A stretch of DNA of 34,285 bases from Asterionella formosa (lineage: Eukaryota). Location: contig NKIB01000251.1 in NCBI GenBank assembly GCA_002256025.1, positions 1 through 34,285 on the forward strand. Direction: 5' to 3'. The first letter of the stretch is position 1; each line of letters starts with the position of its first letter. Below the pieces are notes generated by a model. The model saw nothing but the letters and a program-made list of their open reading frames with translations. It had not been told where the DNA came from and searched no databases. Below, in pieces: positions 1 to 10,423 of this stretch. The translations under genes were made by a program, and so were the position numbers.

Positions 1-1708
1 TGCGGAATGTTCCAGCTGCCTTGTATACAGCCTTTGCTGTATCGGCCAACTCATCTTCCTCATCAACTTCTGCATGGTACCTCATCTTGCCGACGCAACT
101 GAGGGGAATATGTTGTTTCATTTCTTCGCTGAATCCCTTCGTCCACAAACAAATAACACGATATCCACGCTTCAGTATTTCGTCGACAATGCAGCATCCG
201 GTTGAGTATGGATCAACCATAACGACAACCTCGTTGGAGGCGTCCACAGTTGTCATAGCACGACGGAGCATTTGAAGCTCAGGTCGATCGTTCGACATGT
301 GACGAAACAATGTCGGCCCATCACCCGAAAACGCACGGTAACGTGTCTGATCAGGTTGGTCAGCAAAAGTGACATGCGTGTCGGCGGTGGGTCTCTTCAA
401 GTTCTCTAACTTTGTCTCATAGTTTAACATTCCATTGAATTCTTCCATGTATCTGATAAACTCAATGTCCTTCTTCAAGACTTCTTCGTCGGGGTGCATG
501 AGAATGACACTACCAATCGACGTGATGAGATCGGTAGTATACTCGACCTCATCTCCCACTTTGACTCCACTCTCCAATGAGACGAAGGATGGCAAATGCT
601 TTATGACTTCAAAACCTGGCGTTCCCTTCACTTTTCCGCGAGAGTATGATACCATGATTACATAATCACCTGCAGCCTTGAATGGCGACGGCGGCTTGTT
701 GGGCAGTTTGTGAAACTGCACGGGATCCATGAAGGAATCGACCGTTGCTTCAACTTGCGAATATCCTCCCGTCAAAGCTCGGCATAGAGGACGCCAGCTT
801 CCGTCACCTCCATGGGCTCTGCAATTCATCTCAACCAAGCAAGGGCCGTCTTTGGTCATGATGACTTCACCGTGGGATGGTCCGTTCTTGATACCCAAGG
901 CGTCTAGGACACCTCTAACATAGGGAATCAAAATCTTGGCCTCTGGAGATTCTGAGTTGACAGGATGACATCCAAAGTATACAAAAGCTGCACCGTTGGC
1001 AGGTCGCTTGTCATAAACCCATAGCATAACAGTCTTGTGGACACCATCGCGAGAGACGTGGTCAACCACGTACTCCTTTCCCCGCAGGAACTCTTGACAC
1101 AAGACAGAGGGACAATCCCCTCCGTTGACCATTTGAGAGTTCATCAAAAGCTCAAAGTGTTCCTTGGCTTCTTCAAAGGTGCTGCACAGTTTGACACCGT
1201 CCGACCCGGCAGATGCTGTTGGTTTCAGTACCACAGGAAATTCTTCCTCTTGGAGGAAGCTCTCCACTTCATCGAAGATGGCGCCTCCCGCTTGCCGTAC
1301 CGAACGCAGCCCTGCAGCTTTGATTACTTCCTGTTGAATCTTCTTGTCCCTGCGACAAGCATCAGTCCCATTGGTAAGGAGGCCTAGCTTTTCAGACATG
1401 GCATCCGCCAGATCCACACCAGCTTCGCCTCCTGCCAAGCAAGCCACCATTTTGTGATCACCGCATGCCGCTTGTAGACTGGCAACAGTGGCATCCAATG
1501 AGTTCTCGACTTCGTCAACATTAGCAAGGTAATCCAAATGACCACAGGCGATAGGGACATGCGTCTTCATTTCTTCTGCAAACCCGAAGGTCCACAGCGC
1601 CACCACTTGGTAGCCACGCAGCTTGAATTCCCGGACTATCAAACATCCCGTAGAGTATGGATCGACAACGATCACCGCTTCTTGATCAGGTATGGGTGCG
1701 AGTGTCAT
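1..1708 (-). CDS. Tandem (two-module) ATP-grasp ligase, L-amino-acid/peptide ligase-like; 3' end lies outside the window
   Basis: Manual translation of the minus strand from ATG at 1708 (MTLAPIPDQEAVIVVDPYSTGC...) found no stop before the window edge (>=569 codons). ATP-grasp motifs: RRDKKIQQE, PVVLKPTASAGSDGV, QEFLRGKEYVVD, GPSHGEV, LVEMNCRAHGG. A second N-terminal module (VVVMVDPYSTGCCIVDEILKRGYRVICLWTKGFSEEMK) starts near 230. Confidence 0.9.
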   Translation of the reverse strand, partial: MTLAPIPDQEAVIVVDPYSTGCLIVREFKLRGYQVVALWTFGFAEEMKTHVPIACGHLDYLANVDEVENSLDATVASLQAACGDHKMVACLAGGEAGVDLADAMSEKLGLLTNGTDACRRDKKIQQEVIKAAGLRSVRQAGGAIFDEVESFLQEEEFPVVLKPTASAGSDGVKLCSTFEEAKEHFELLMNSQMVNGGDCPSVLCQEFLRGKEYVVDHVSRDGVHKTVMLWVYDKRPANGAAFVYFGCHPVNSESPEAKILIPYVRGVLDALGIKNGPSHGEVIMTKDGPCLVEMNCRAHGGDGSWRPLCRALTGGYSQVEATVDSFMDPVQFHKLPNKPPSPFKAAGDYVIMVSYSRGKVKGTPGFEVIKHLPSFVSLESGVKVGDEVEYTTDLITSIGSVILMHPDEEVLKKDIEFIRYMEEFNGMLNYETKLENLKRPTADTHVTFADQPDQTRYRAFSGDGPTLFRHMSNDRPELQMLRRAMTTVDASNEVVVMVDPYSTGCCIVDEILKRGYRVICLWTKGFSEEMKQHIPLSCVGKMRYHAEVDEEDELADTAKAVYKAAGTFR

Positions 1709-2634
1709 TGGAAGTGGAGATATCTTGGCCTGGTCGCAGACAAATGTGGTTTTTCAGCTTGTTGCCGACTTTTGCGATATCTCTACATCTACAGTATCCG
1801 TATGCACAGTATCATATATATCTTTACTTGTTTCTTTGATGCTGCATGGGCGAAGGAAGAATGCCGTTTTTTGTTGTGACCTCCTCTGGATATATGATAT
1901 TAAACTGTAGCGACATACAGTATGGATTACGTAATGTAGAGACTACTGGTGGTATGTACAGCATGGTGTAGAACTACAGGATGGTGGTCTAGAAATCATG
2001 CATTTTTTTAATATGTACCGGTATTCTACCGTTATTTACTCCGAGTACCTGTTCTAGTCTATGAACTGACAGGTACGGTGACCATACCTGTACTGGTACT
2101 GGTGGCAGGTACCAGGTACCAGGTACCCATCAATGTAGTTTCATGATGTACCCAGCAACTTACCGGTATTCGGGTATGTATGCACTGATGAAATTTCGGG
2201 ACCACTGCCGCTTGTCGTTCCTACATACCGTATGTACGGAAAATTGCAACTCCAAGCTGCCGCCGACGCAACTGAATTCACATCATTATCCTCGTCATAG
2301 GTCGAATCTATCACATTTTTTGTTGCATTTGCTTGCGCGCTGGTTCCTGCTTATCAGGTACTCTGACGATCACTGCAACACAGCTATATAGCAACTGGCC
2401 TGAGGACAATCTGTGATACACGCCTGCTGCTGGTTGATTTAGTACACATATAAAAAGTGGAATCGGTCAAGATCTTGAACGACCGACACGACGATACATC
2501 AATCTATTAAACGGTATCTCAATTGCAGGACTTTCATCATCAGCTGATACAATCTACTGCACCTTCGCAACAGAGCTCAACAGATCGGTACATTAACGTT
2601 AACCTTCCTTTGTTTACGAAACATACAGTGCGAC

Positions 2635-4053
2635 ATGACAGCGTCTGCTGGTAGTAAAGACGTCCCCAAGAAATGTGGCTTGATGGAACTCCTCATCTTC
2701 CTCGCCGCTATTGTTTCTGGAACCGCATGCAGCATTTGTAGCAAGACAATGATGGACTTGCACGGGGTCGGAATGACAGGAGCCACGGAGCCATTCTCCA
2801 AACCGCTCTTTCAAACCTTTGGAATGTTTGTCGGTATGCTCTTTGGATTGGCCATGCATTGTGCAGTGGTCTTCTTTGGACTCCCGTTTCCAGGATATAT
2901 CCATCCGCTCAAGGCGACGACCACGAACGGAGCAGCAGCCGATGAAAAAACGGCATTGATTAGCGGCAGCAAACTCAGTGCCGTTGCGGCGAAACCTGCA
3001 GTCTCGCTTCCCATTTGGATGTATTTCTTCCTCGCGATTCCGTCGATATTTGATCTCGGAGCAACTGCACTCTGCATGATGGGCCTGAGATACTTGGATG
3101 TTTCTGTGTATCAGCTCCTTCGCGGATCCGGAATTATTTTCGTCGCCATTATGAAGCATAACTTTCTCGGCAATCATCTGTATCACTTTCAGTGGTTGGG
3201 CGTTGTCTTTAATGTCCTATCTGTCGTTTTGGTGGGACTTACGGCAGTCCTATCGGAAGGAAGTTCGGGGAAGGAAACTTACGACTCTACACATGCACTC
3301 TTGGGGATTGGGCTTGTCATGACGGGAGCCTTCGTACAAGCCTTGCAGTACGTCCTTGAAGAAAAGGTTATGACGATGGACATCCCATCTCCTCCGCTGC
3401 TGTTGATTGGCATGGAAGGTCTGTGGGGCACCATTCTGAGTCTTTTTGTGGTGTATCCAGTGGCATATTTCTTGCCAGGAGATGACCACGGGAGTTATGA
3501 AAACCCATTCAACACGTGGCACATGGTCGTCAATACTCCTGCCATTCAGGAAATGTTTGTCGTGTACTTTGTCGCGATTTTCTCCTACAATCTGTTCGCT
3601 GTGTTGGTCACTTTTACGATGAACTCCATTTGGCACGCCATTTTGGACAATTTCCGCCCAATCACAGTTTGGCTGGTCGATATGGTGATTTTCTACCTCA
3701 TATCTCCCTCCTTTGGTGAACCATGGACCCACTGGTCGTACCTTCAGTTGCTTGGTATGGGCGTCCTTCTCTTTGGAACTGCGGTCTACAATGCTCCCAA
3801 TGCTGGATCTATCAAGTTGCTGGGTGCTTGGTGGGCCCTTGGCTTTGACTTTACCGAAGAGTACGCAAAGATTGATTCCGATGCGGAAGAGCAAGCGCTC
3901 GACGCCGAATGGCAAGAGCGTCAGACTTTATTCAAGAGCCGGGCCAATTCGAGTTTCATTGGAGGGCGGTCTCCTTTTCTTACATCCGTCATTTCTAGCC
4001 CTTCGACGAGGATGCTTCCACTGATACAGGCGGATGGAACTAGCGTTGTATAG
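2635..4053 (+). CDS. SLC35F6-like drug/metabolite-transporter superfamily membrane protein (nucleotide-sugar/CRT-like)
   Basis: 472-aa ORF with about 10 hydrophobic segments. Motifs FSKPLFQTFGMFVGM, PSIFDLGATAL, SVYQLLRGSGIIF, QYVLEEK, IGMEGLWG and ILDNFRPITVW are typical of SLC35F6-type proteins. Confidence 0.88.
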   Translation: MTASAGSKDVPKKCGLMELLIFLAAIVSGTACSICSKTMMDLHGVGMTGATEPFSKPLFQTFGMFVGMLFGLAMHCAVVFFGLPFPGYIHPLKATTTNGAAADEKTALISGSKLSAVAAKPAVSLPIWMYFFLAIPSIFDLGATALCMMGLRYLDVSVYQLLRGSGIIFVAIMKHNFLGNHLYHFQWLGVVFNVLSVVLVGLTAVLSEGSSGKETYDSTHALLGIGLVMTGAFVQALQYVLEEKVMTMDIPSPPLLLIGMEGLWGTILSLFVVYPVAYFLPGDDHGSYENPFNTWHMVVNTPAIQEMFVVYFVAIFSYNLFAVLVTFTMNSIWHAILDNFRPITVWLVDMVIFYLISPSFGEPWTHWSYLQLLGMGVLLFGTAVYNAPNAGSIKLLGAWWALGFDFTEEYAKIDSDAEEQALDAEWQERQTLFKSRANSSFIGGRSPFLTSVISSPSTRMLPLIQADGTSVV

Positions 4054-4689
4054 CGGGGAGAAGAATCGTATGCTATACTTAGATATGACTCCTACTTGAT
4101 GTTTTGTGCTGTATATAGTTTAGGTTTCTATGCGGGCTAAACATTAAATTGAAACTTCGCGAGCCAGTTTTATTTCGTTTTCCCTCGCCTCACCGGGATG
4201 GGATGAGTGCTTTTCCCTTTATTTTGAATCGATTGCAGAATAATTTTTCAGGCGAACCTTGTACTTTTGCCACCTCTCTGCTGATTTTTTATTTACGTTG
4301 TTGTTGTATTGAGCATGGTACAATGCTACTTCATTTTGGCTTTATGTAAAACATTGCATATTTTCAAAACTTGACGCCATTGCATTTTCATTTGGGCAGC
4401 CATCACAATTACGATTGATCATGATCATCTCCCACCCTCAATGAACTAAACTATAATGCATTTAACATCACTGTAGATGTCATAGTGGTTTGGAAGGGAA
4501 ATGAATGGCTCGATCTCAGTTCAAAACCATGAAAACGCAATTAATGGACCGACTCTGCTAAATACTAATTGAAGGACATCATGGCTGTAATTGTATTAGA
4601 CAACTCTATTTTGTTCTTGTTCTCACAGTGCGGATACCTGGCTATTCTGGAGTAGTCTACTACTAGCTATTTTACTTCATCGTGATTTT

Positions 4690-6720
4690 AGTGTTGTCAT
4701 TAGTAATTTCATCCCATTTTACTAGGTATGCTTTGGCCTTAAGTCCAATAGACTGGATTCAGTCTGTATTTTCAATCCATTGCCCCTTGTTCAATTCATC
4801 AAATATTTCATTTCTTAAAAGATAATTTATATCTTCAGAACTGCAGGTTTCTGGAAGTATACATTTTAATAAGTTTCTAGGTTTAAAAATAAATTCAGTA
4901 GCATGAGAAGCCTGTCTGCCAAAATTATATCAAAATTATTTGTGCGGGATGGCACGAAAATGAAAATTGACAATGAGTTAAGGTACCATCAATTCATGCC
5001 TTTCCAATGACATTCACCCATCATTGTTGGTCCGAAATCATCATTTGAATATCACCTAGACACTTTTTAGCTAGGTATAAAAGCGATTATAAAAAAAACC
5101 TAGTTTAGTACAAATATAGACCATCAAGGAATCCGCTGGTAGTCAAGCTACGAAGGTTTCCGGGTTTTGAAAAAGGGTCATCACCATGGTGACAAAGCAA
5201 ACGTTCATGGCAGGATGGGAAGATGAGTTGCACAACCATTTTACCGGACACTGAGGTCGGTGTGTTCCGTTTGTGCCAGGCAGCTACCACATACGACAAA
5301 TTCTACACACGAGTATATGGAGAAACGGAATCCAGAATCAGCTTGGATGTAATGCTTGATGTCGAAATCGAGCATCACATCATCAGCATATCATCACTCA
5401 CACCGGGAGGCATTGCAGCTGTTACCAGGTACCACGATGATGCATGTCTCACAAGTGTACATACGGTATGTGGTAGTTATATTTTGTGAGGGAGTATAAG
5501 GTAATGTACCGGTACTGTGTTTGGATAAAAATGGAACAGCAATAATTCATTTGGACATTGTAACTGCATAAAATCATACACTATTCCTCTTAACTATTAC
5601 CAGTACTCTAGAATCCCATGGATAAATGCTTTTCTTCCTTACAAAGGATCAACAACCAGCAATGTCTACAGTCTCAACTGAGGATAGCGGCATATATAAT
5701 GCTGATTGTTACCATAATTTAAAACCATTTTGTCTACTACTGCAGAGTACATTCTTGCCATCCAAGGATCGAGAAGCTCATCATCATTGCTTGTCCTCAA
5801 AACCTGTTAAAAAGTGACAAATCTCTTGTCTTGGTCATGGCCTGGAAACAACTAGTATTTTCAACAGCTGCATTGAATTGACATAAATACATTGCAAGTG
5901 CAAAGATTAGACAGATAACCATTGGATTGGGATATGCAGGCCTTGAGAATCCTGACTGGTCACCTTTTAAATATTTATCGCTCAAAAATGCTGTTTTTGG
6001 TCATCACAACGGCCATTGCAATGGCCATCACCTAACTTCTCTTATCTTTGTTCCTTACTGTGATCTTGTGGATTGCTTGTTCACTGCTGGTTCAAGAATT
6101 GTAACATTTGGACTTATAGAATGAGTTGATGGTTCCTCAAGGGCACTCATTCCAATTTAGTTTTGAGCAATTTTAACATTGTTTGTCAAGGCAAGCACCA
6201 GCAAACATCTTGAAATTAAAAAGCAAAATGCACAGGACATTTGGTCTGATTAGGGGGAATGAATGAACCATGACAAGTTTGATGAGCCTCAAAACTGCTA
6301 AGGAAGATAATTAATGCTAGAATATAATTAATAACATAGATTAGTAAGTGGAAAGGATTAGAAAGTTCAATTATATAGCAACCATTATGAATCATATGTG
6401 GTTGAGAACATGCATATTCATTGCTTTGGTCCACCTTGCTTTGTGTACTTCGCAACAATTATATCAAAGTCTGTATGGCCGTAAGTGGAGACCAAAATGC
6501 AATGCATTCAAGATTTAATTGCCTTCCTTTTTTTCCTTCCTCCAAAGATGTTTACAAACAGAAATCACATCAAATATGTTGAGCACACTCAATTTTTAGA
6601 AAATGAATTTGTGTGGGTACATGTTCCTGTTTCAACAAACTATAAAGGAGTACCCACATTTCCCATAACATCATTCTAGTATCCTTGATTGATACAGGCA
6701 TTCTCTTGTCACCATGAATC
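4690..6720 (-). mobile_element. Heavily decayed Crypton-like tyrosine-recombinase transposon remnant
   Basis: Broken minus-strand frames give, in order: KGDQSG..AYPNPMVICLIFALAMYL (~5970-5880), PSVETVDIAGC*SF (resembles P..V..RAGWS), LLFHF (resembles LPPHF) and FRAIP. This order matches my recollection of stramenopile Crypton-type recombinases. Many stops and frameshifts; boundaries approximate. Confidence 0.45.
5222..5383 (+). repeat. 162-bp direct repeat, copy 1 (copy 2 at 8276-8437)
   Basis: GATGAGTTGCACAACC...GAGCATCACATCAT; only two mismatches seen between the copies. Confidence 0.95.
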
Positions 6721-6823
6721 GACTACAGTAAAGTTCGTACTTGGTTCGAATTTTATCATATAAGAAACTTTAATGATTTTAGTCGAAAGAAAGAGTACTG
6801 AAACGTTGAATCTCAGTTTTTAG

Positions 6824-7972
6824 GTGGTACCGTATGCCCGATTTCATCCTCACAAATATAGTTCTCACTCTATCTTGCCTGCCTTTGCTCTATTCGGGCT
6901 TGCAATAGGCAACGTTCGTCTTTCTTTGATCCCATCGTCAGCTGCTTGTAATGCTAGTTGAAGCGGATCGGTGAGTACAACAGTGAAACACTGAATGTGG
7001 ATTTTAGATCGTATTTATCGACTTTCCAATTTGATTGCTTCCGTGGTTTGTTTTGATCGCTTCCATCGTTGTTTGTCATTCCGCACTGTCGTTTTGATTC
7101 GATTGTTATTTATCTACATAAGAACCAATGCATTTATCAATGACTACTCGTTGAAGATGTGTTATTGTTCCGTTGTTGATCATATTTGTTGACTTGTACA
7201 GTCATTGACAATGATGTCAATATTGCCGCCAAGCAATGCTTTTCTTGTACTAACGCGCATTGCTACATTTCTACTACGAGTTCGTATCAGAAGCTACATG
7301 AATATTCAGCTAGAGGGAGTCAATAGTGCTGAATCAGCCTGGCGATTATACTCAATCAGAATGGATTGGAATGGAATGATGATCAGGGTTGTTCGGTGGG
7401 AGGAACGAGGACTGTGGGCGGAAGGACTGCAACTTGTGTCAGGCTCCTACAGCTATGTGCATGGTTACAGCAAGCAGATCATCTATGCTAGCTACTACAT
7501 AACGATGCAGGTCAAGATTGGATTCAGCTTTTCCCTTCTTATTTCGGTTGCTGATTGTGTGGTGATGGAAATTCAATTGCCTGTGTAAGTGCTACAATGT
7601 CACAATGCATAAATCTCCATTGAAACTCTTATTTTTTACTACATTTCTAACCCAAAACAATTTTTCTATTTCTCATTTTTTGCTACTTATTACATCGCAT
7701 TTCATAGTTTGGTTGCTCCAAACATCATGTTCAATTTCCATTGATGTTGCATGTTACAATCATTCTCGTTTGTTTTATGCTTGTTGTACCAGCAGGTACC
7801 ATCTCTATGCATATTGCCGTTATTCTGGTTGTCATGCTAAAATCGGCAATTTTATTGCCGAAAAATTCGATGTTCCCCATATGGCCCTTAAATAAAAATT
7901 ACTTAAGAAATTACTTAGAGCCTAAAAATTACTTAGAAGCACCCGAATGGCAAGACGATAGCTGGAGCGGTA
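6824..7972 (+). repeat. ~1.15-kb unclassified dispersed repeat, copy 1 (inverted diverged copy at ~28932-30034)
   Basis: Colinear similarity along the whole length, e.g. ATGATGTCAATATTGCCGCCAAGCAATGCTTTTCTTGTACTAA and CCCGAATGGCAAGAC. No credible ORF. Confidence 0.9.
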
Positions 7973-8275
7973 AATTCCCATACACAAATGATTCTTACGT
8001 AATTTGCATCGAAGTGCAGAAACACAGATTCCACCAGGAAAACTGCAACATGTGTAAAATTCCACGAGAAAACAGCAACCAGAAAAAAACGGCCATTTGT
8101 CCGTTATTCCCCTCAAATGATCAAACTTCACTCCAAGGTCAACAAAGAAGTAATTGATATACCGTGTTAAATAATAAACTGGGAATGAGCGGAGGTTCAG
8201 ACTTCGGCTGAAAAACCGGCCTATTGTCCGAACATTTCTACAAAAATCAGCTTAAGTGTCCGGTAGATGTCTGAT

Positions 8276-8437
8276 GATGAGTTGCACAACCATTTTACCG
8301 GACACTGAGGTCGGTGTGTTCCGTTTGTGCCAGGCAGCTACCACATACGACAAATTCTACACACGAGTAAATGGAGAAACGGATTCCAGAATCAGCTTGG
8401 ATGTAATGCTTGATGTCGAAATCGAGCATCACATCAT
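8276..8437 (+). repeat. 162-bp direct repeat, copy 2
   Basis: Near-identical to 5222-5383. Confidence 0.95.
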
Positions 8438-8579
8438 GGATACAGAAGCAAGAAGTTGGAACAACCGGTATTCGGGACCTACTGACATTAACTACAAATA
8501 CTCAAGAATACACGGGCATCACTGACGACGATCAAAAGAAAATGCATACACTGGAGAATAAACAGAGAACACGCACACA

Positions 8580-8672
8580 GCACTGTTACTGTATGGACTA
8601 AAAAACCGGTTTTAATTGTTTAGATTTGTTGGGTCACAAGTGCGATTATTGGATAGCTTTAATGTACTATAA
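8580..8672 (+). mobile_element. 5'-truncated SINE-like fragment carrying the family B' tail
   Basis: CACAAGTGCGATTATT.GATAGCTTTAATGTACTATAA is shared with 10282-10319, with weaker similarity further upstream. Confidence 0.55.
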
Positions 8673-9480
8673 GATTTAATTGACAATTTTCAAATGCACG
8701 TAGTCATAAAGCACTTGCCTTTGTGATGTACTCCTCCCTGATGAGGGAGTACCTAGAAGCAACAGGAACTGATAGTACATAGTATGTATCCCGGTATTAG
8801 TATGTGAATTTAATCGGTAGGGGAAGGGCTTAGTGGTTGGTGACCTATTGTGCATAGCATTATCTATATAGCTATCAGACTATGTAAATAGCTATAATTA
8901 GCTAACCGAAGCTATATAGCAACGTTAGCTAATTCCAGGAGCTCTACTAAAGTAGATGCCAAATAACTTGATGGATCTGGCGTGCAAAGTGAGTGAAAAA
9001 AACACTAATGCAGAGTTATGATTCAGTATAGACATCTAGGACTTATATTTAGCCTATTGATTACCTCTTCAGAACACATACTACAACGTTTGATCTCGAC
9101 GTAGGGTCTCATACTACATTGATTTCATAATGGTCAAAGGGTCAATAAAACTAAACTATGACTTATGCTCTAGTAGTAAGCGGTATCCCATAAGTAATCT
9201 TTACTTAGTAATATCAAAGCTAGCTAGCTAGGATTAAACCTAGTAAAGATTAGTGGATGAACTAGATTTCCCTTAAGTCTAAACCAAGGGTGACAAGTCC
9301 TACTAGTATGCAGATGTTTCAAGGGTTCTCAAATGACCCCTTTCCAAGATAAGATCTGCACAGCGAGTAGTTAATATAAAATTTAACCTCACTTATAATG
9401 AGCTCTTCAAGACTAGTCATTTCCTAGAAGGGTAGACCGCATAGCGCTTCCTGGCGCTGTAACAGTCGCTCCTGATGTTG

Positions 9481-9687
9481 ATGTACTTATGTACTTAATT
9501 ACCAACCCAAGATCATCCCAACAAACGTGGTAACTTCGGGCGTTGGTGCACGGGGATCTGTACCGGTTTAATCGTCTGTATGGTACAACAGGAACATTTT
9601 TTAATTCATTACTCCCGCCCCCGGAACCCTAGGGACTAAATGAAAAAGAAAGACAGGTAGAGAAGAATGCAGGAATCTAACCCGCCA
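9481..9687 (-). mobile_element. tRNA-headed SINE-like element, family B, 5'-truncated copy
   Basis: Homologous to ~17523-17730. Keeps the T-arm-like GCGGGTTAGATTCCTGC and ends in a short TAAGTACA repeat. Confidence 0.7.
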
Positions 9688-10040
9688 GTTAGCACATTAC
9701 CTTTGATCTGAGGTTGTGAGGTTCGATTCCCGCAAATTTTATGAGAAGCAATTGTTGGGTTCGACTCTCACACCTTACCTTCCCGCACGGTCTTGCCATG
9801 GTGTGCAAGAAAAGTGGGTGTGGCACCCCTACAAGTAGCTTGTGCCGCCTTCCTAGGTGGCGGTCGGAGTTTCCCCTAACGCTGCGGGTAAGACAAAAAC
9901 CTCTTGCGAAAGGTGGTTGGGGACTCACCTACACTAACGAAACTAGGGAAGCATAGGTCTTGTTGGCAGGTAGCACAATGGAAGACTTGCCTATAGAAGA
10001 AAATGAGGGAGTACAAATGCGATATAAAAATAATATCCTT
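9688..10040 (+). mobile_element. tRNA-headed SINE-like element, family A, copy 1 (5'-truncated)
   Basis: B-box GGTTCGATTCC at 9720-9730 and a second B-box-like GGGTTCGACTC at 9757-9767. Body homologous to 24410-24795 and 25242-25599. Confidence 0.78.
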
Positions 10041-10109
10041 TTATTTTAACAACATTTAGCTCACTCTTTTCTTATTCCCTGAACACGTTTAGACTTGATC
10101 ACCCAAGCA

Positions 10110-10319
10110 GAGTAGGGCACTTAGCACACCTTCTGCACTGGTGAGTTTGATTGGTCCTGTATTCTACACCTGTATTTTTCATGTAGTCCCTAGTGTTCTG
10201 GTTGTTGCGGCTGAGAAGAAGACGGGTCCTGTTGTAACATACGGACAAATAGAACAATTAATTGCTCAAAGTGTGCATGGACACAAGTGCGATTATTTGA
10301 TAGCTTTAATGTACTATAA
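10110..10319 (+). mobile_element. SINE-like element, family B' (family B head and core with a different 3' tail)
   Basis: CCTG.ATTCT.CAC...TTTTTCATGTAGTCCCTAG...TGCGGCT...GTTGTA..CATAC.GAC matches the reverse complement of ~17600-17720. The sequence then switches to the tail shared with 8635-8672. Confidence 0.62.
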
Positions 10320-10423
10320 AAGATCGACTTTCATGAACAAGGACCAGCTTTATGTTTTGATTTGTTGGATGAAATCTATCAAAAAAATAAACAAGAAGAA
10401 TTCATATCATGGAAGCAAAGCGA

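Noticed and set aside
21..1910. Several short plus-strand ORFs in the ORF track
   Set aside because: Mostly antisense shadows of the long minus-strand ATP-grasp gene; none has a recognisable domain.
7205..8157. ORFs that resemble ORFs at 28923-29676
   Set aside because: The similarity is at the DNA level; stops and frameshifts differ between copies, so there is no sign of coding constraint.
8727..8760. CTGATGAG inside a GTACTCC/GGAGTAC hairpin, suggesting a hammerhead ribozyme
   Set aside because: No correctly placed stem II plus GAAA and no three-way junction could be built.
8860..9430. TAG/CTAG-rich tract (similar texture at ~28200-28560) as a distinct element
   Set aside because: No alignable second copy, termini or coding remnant could be identified by eye.
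9820..9870. GCC-TTCCTAGGT-GGC resembling an HDV-like ribozyme P3/L3
   Set aside because: The loop is too long and I could not build P1, P1.1 and P2 consistently in all three copies.
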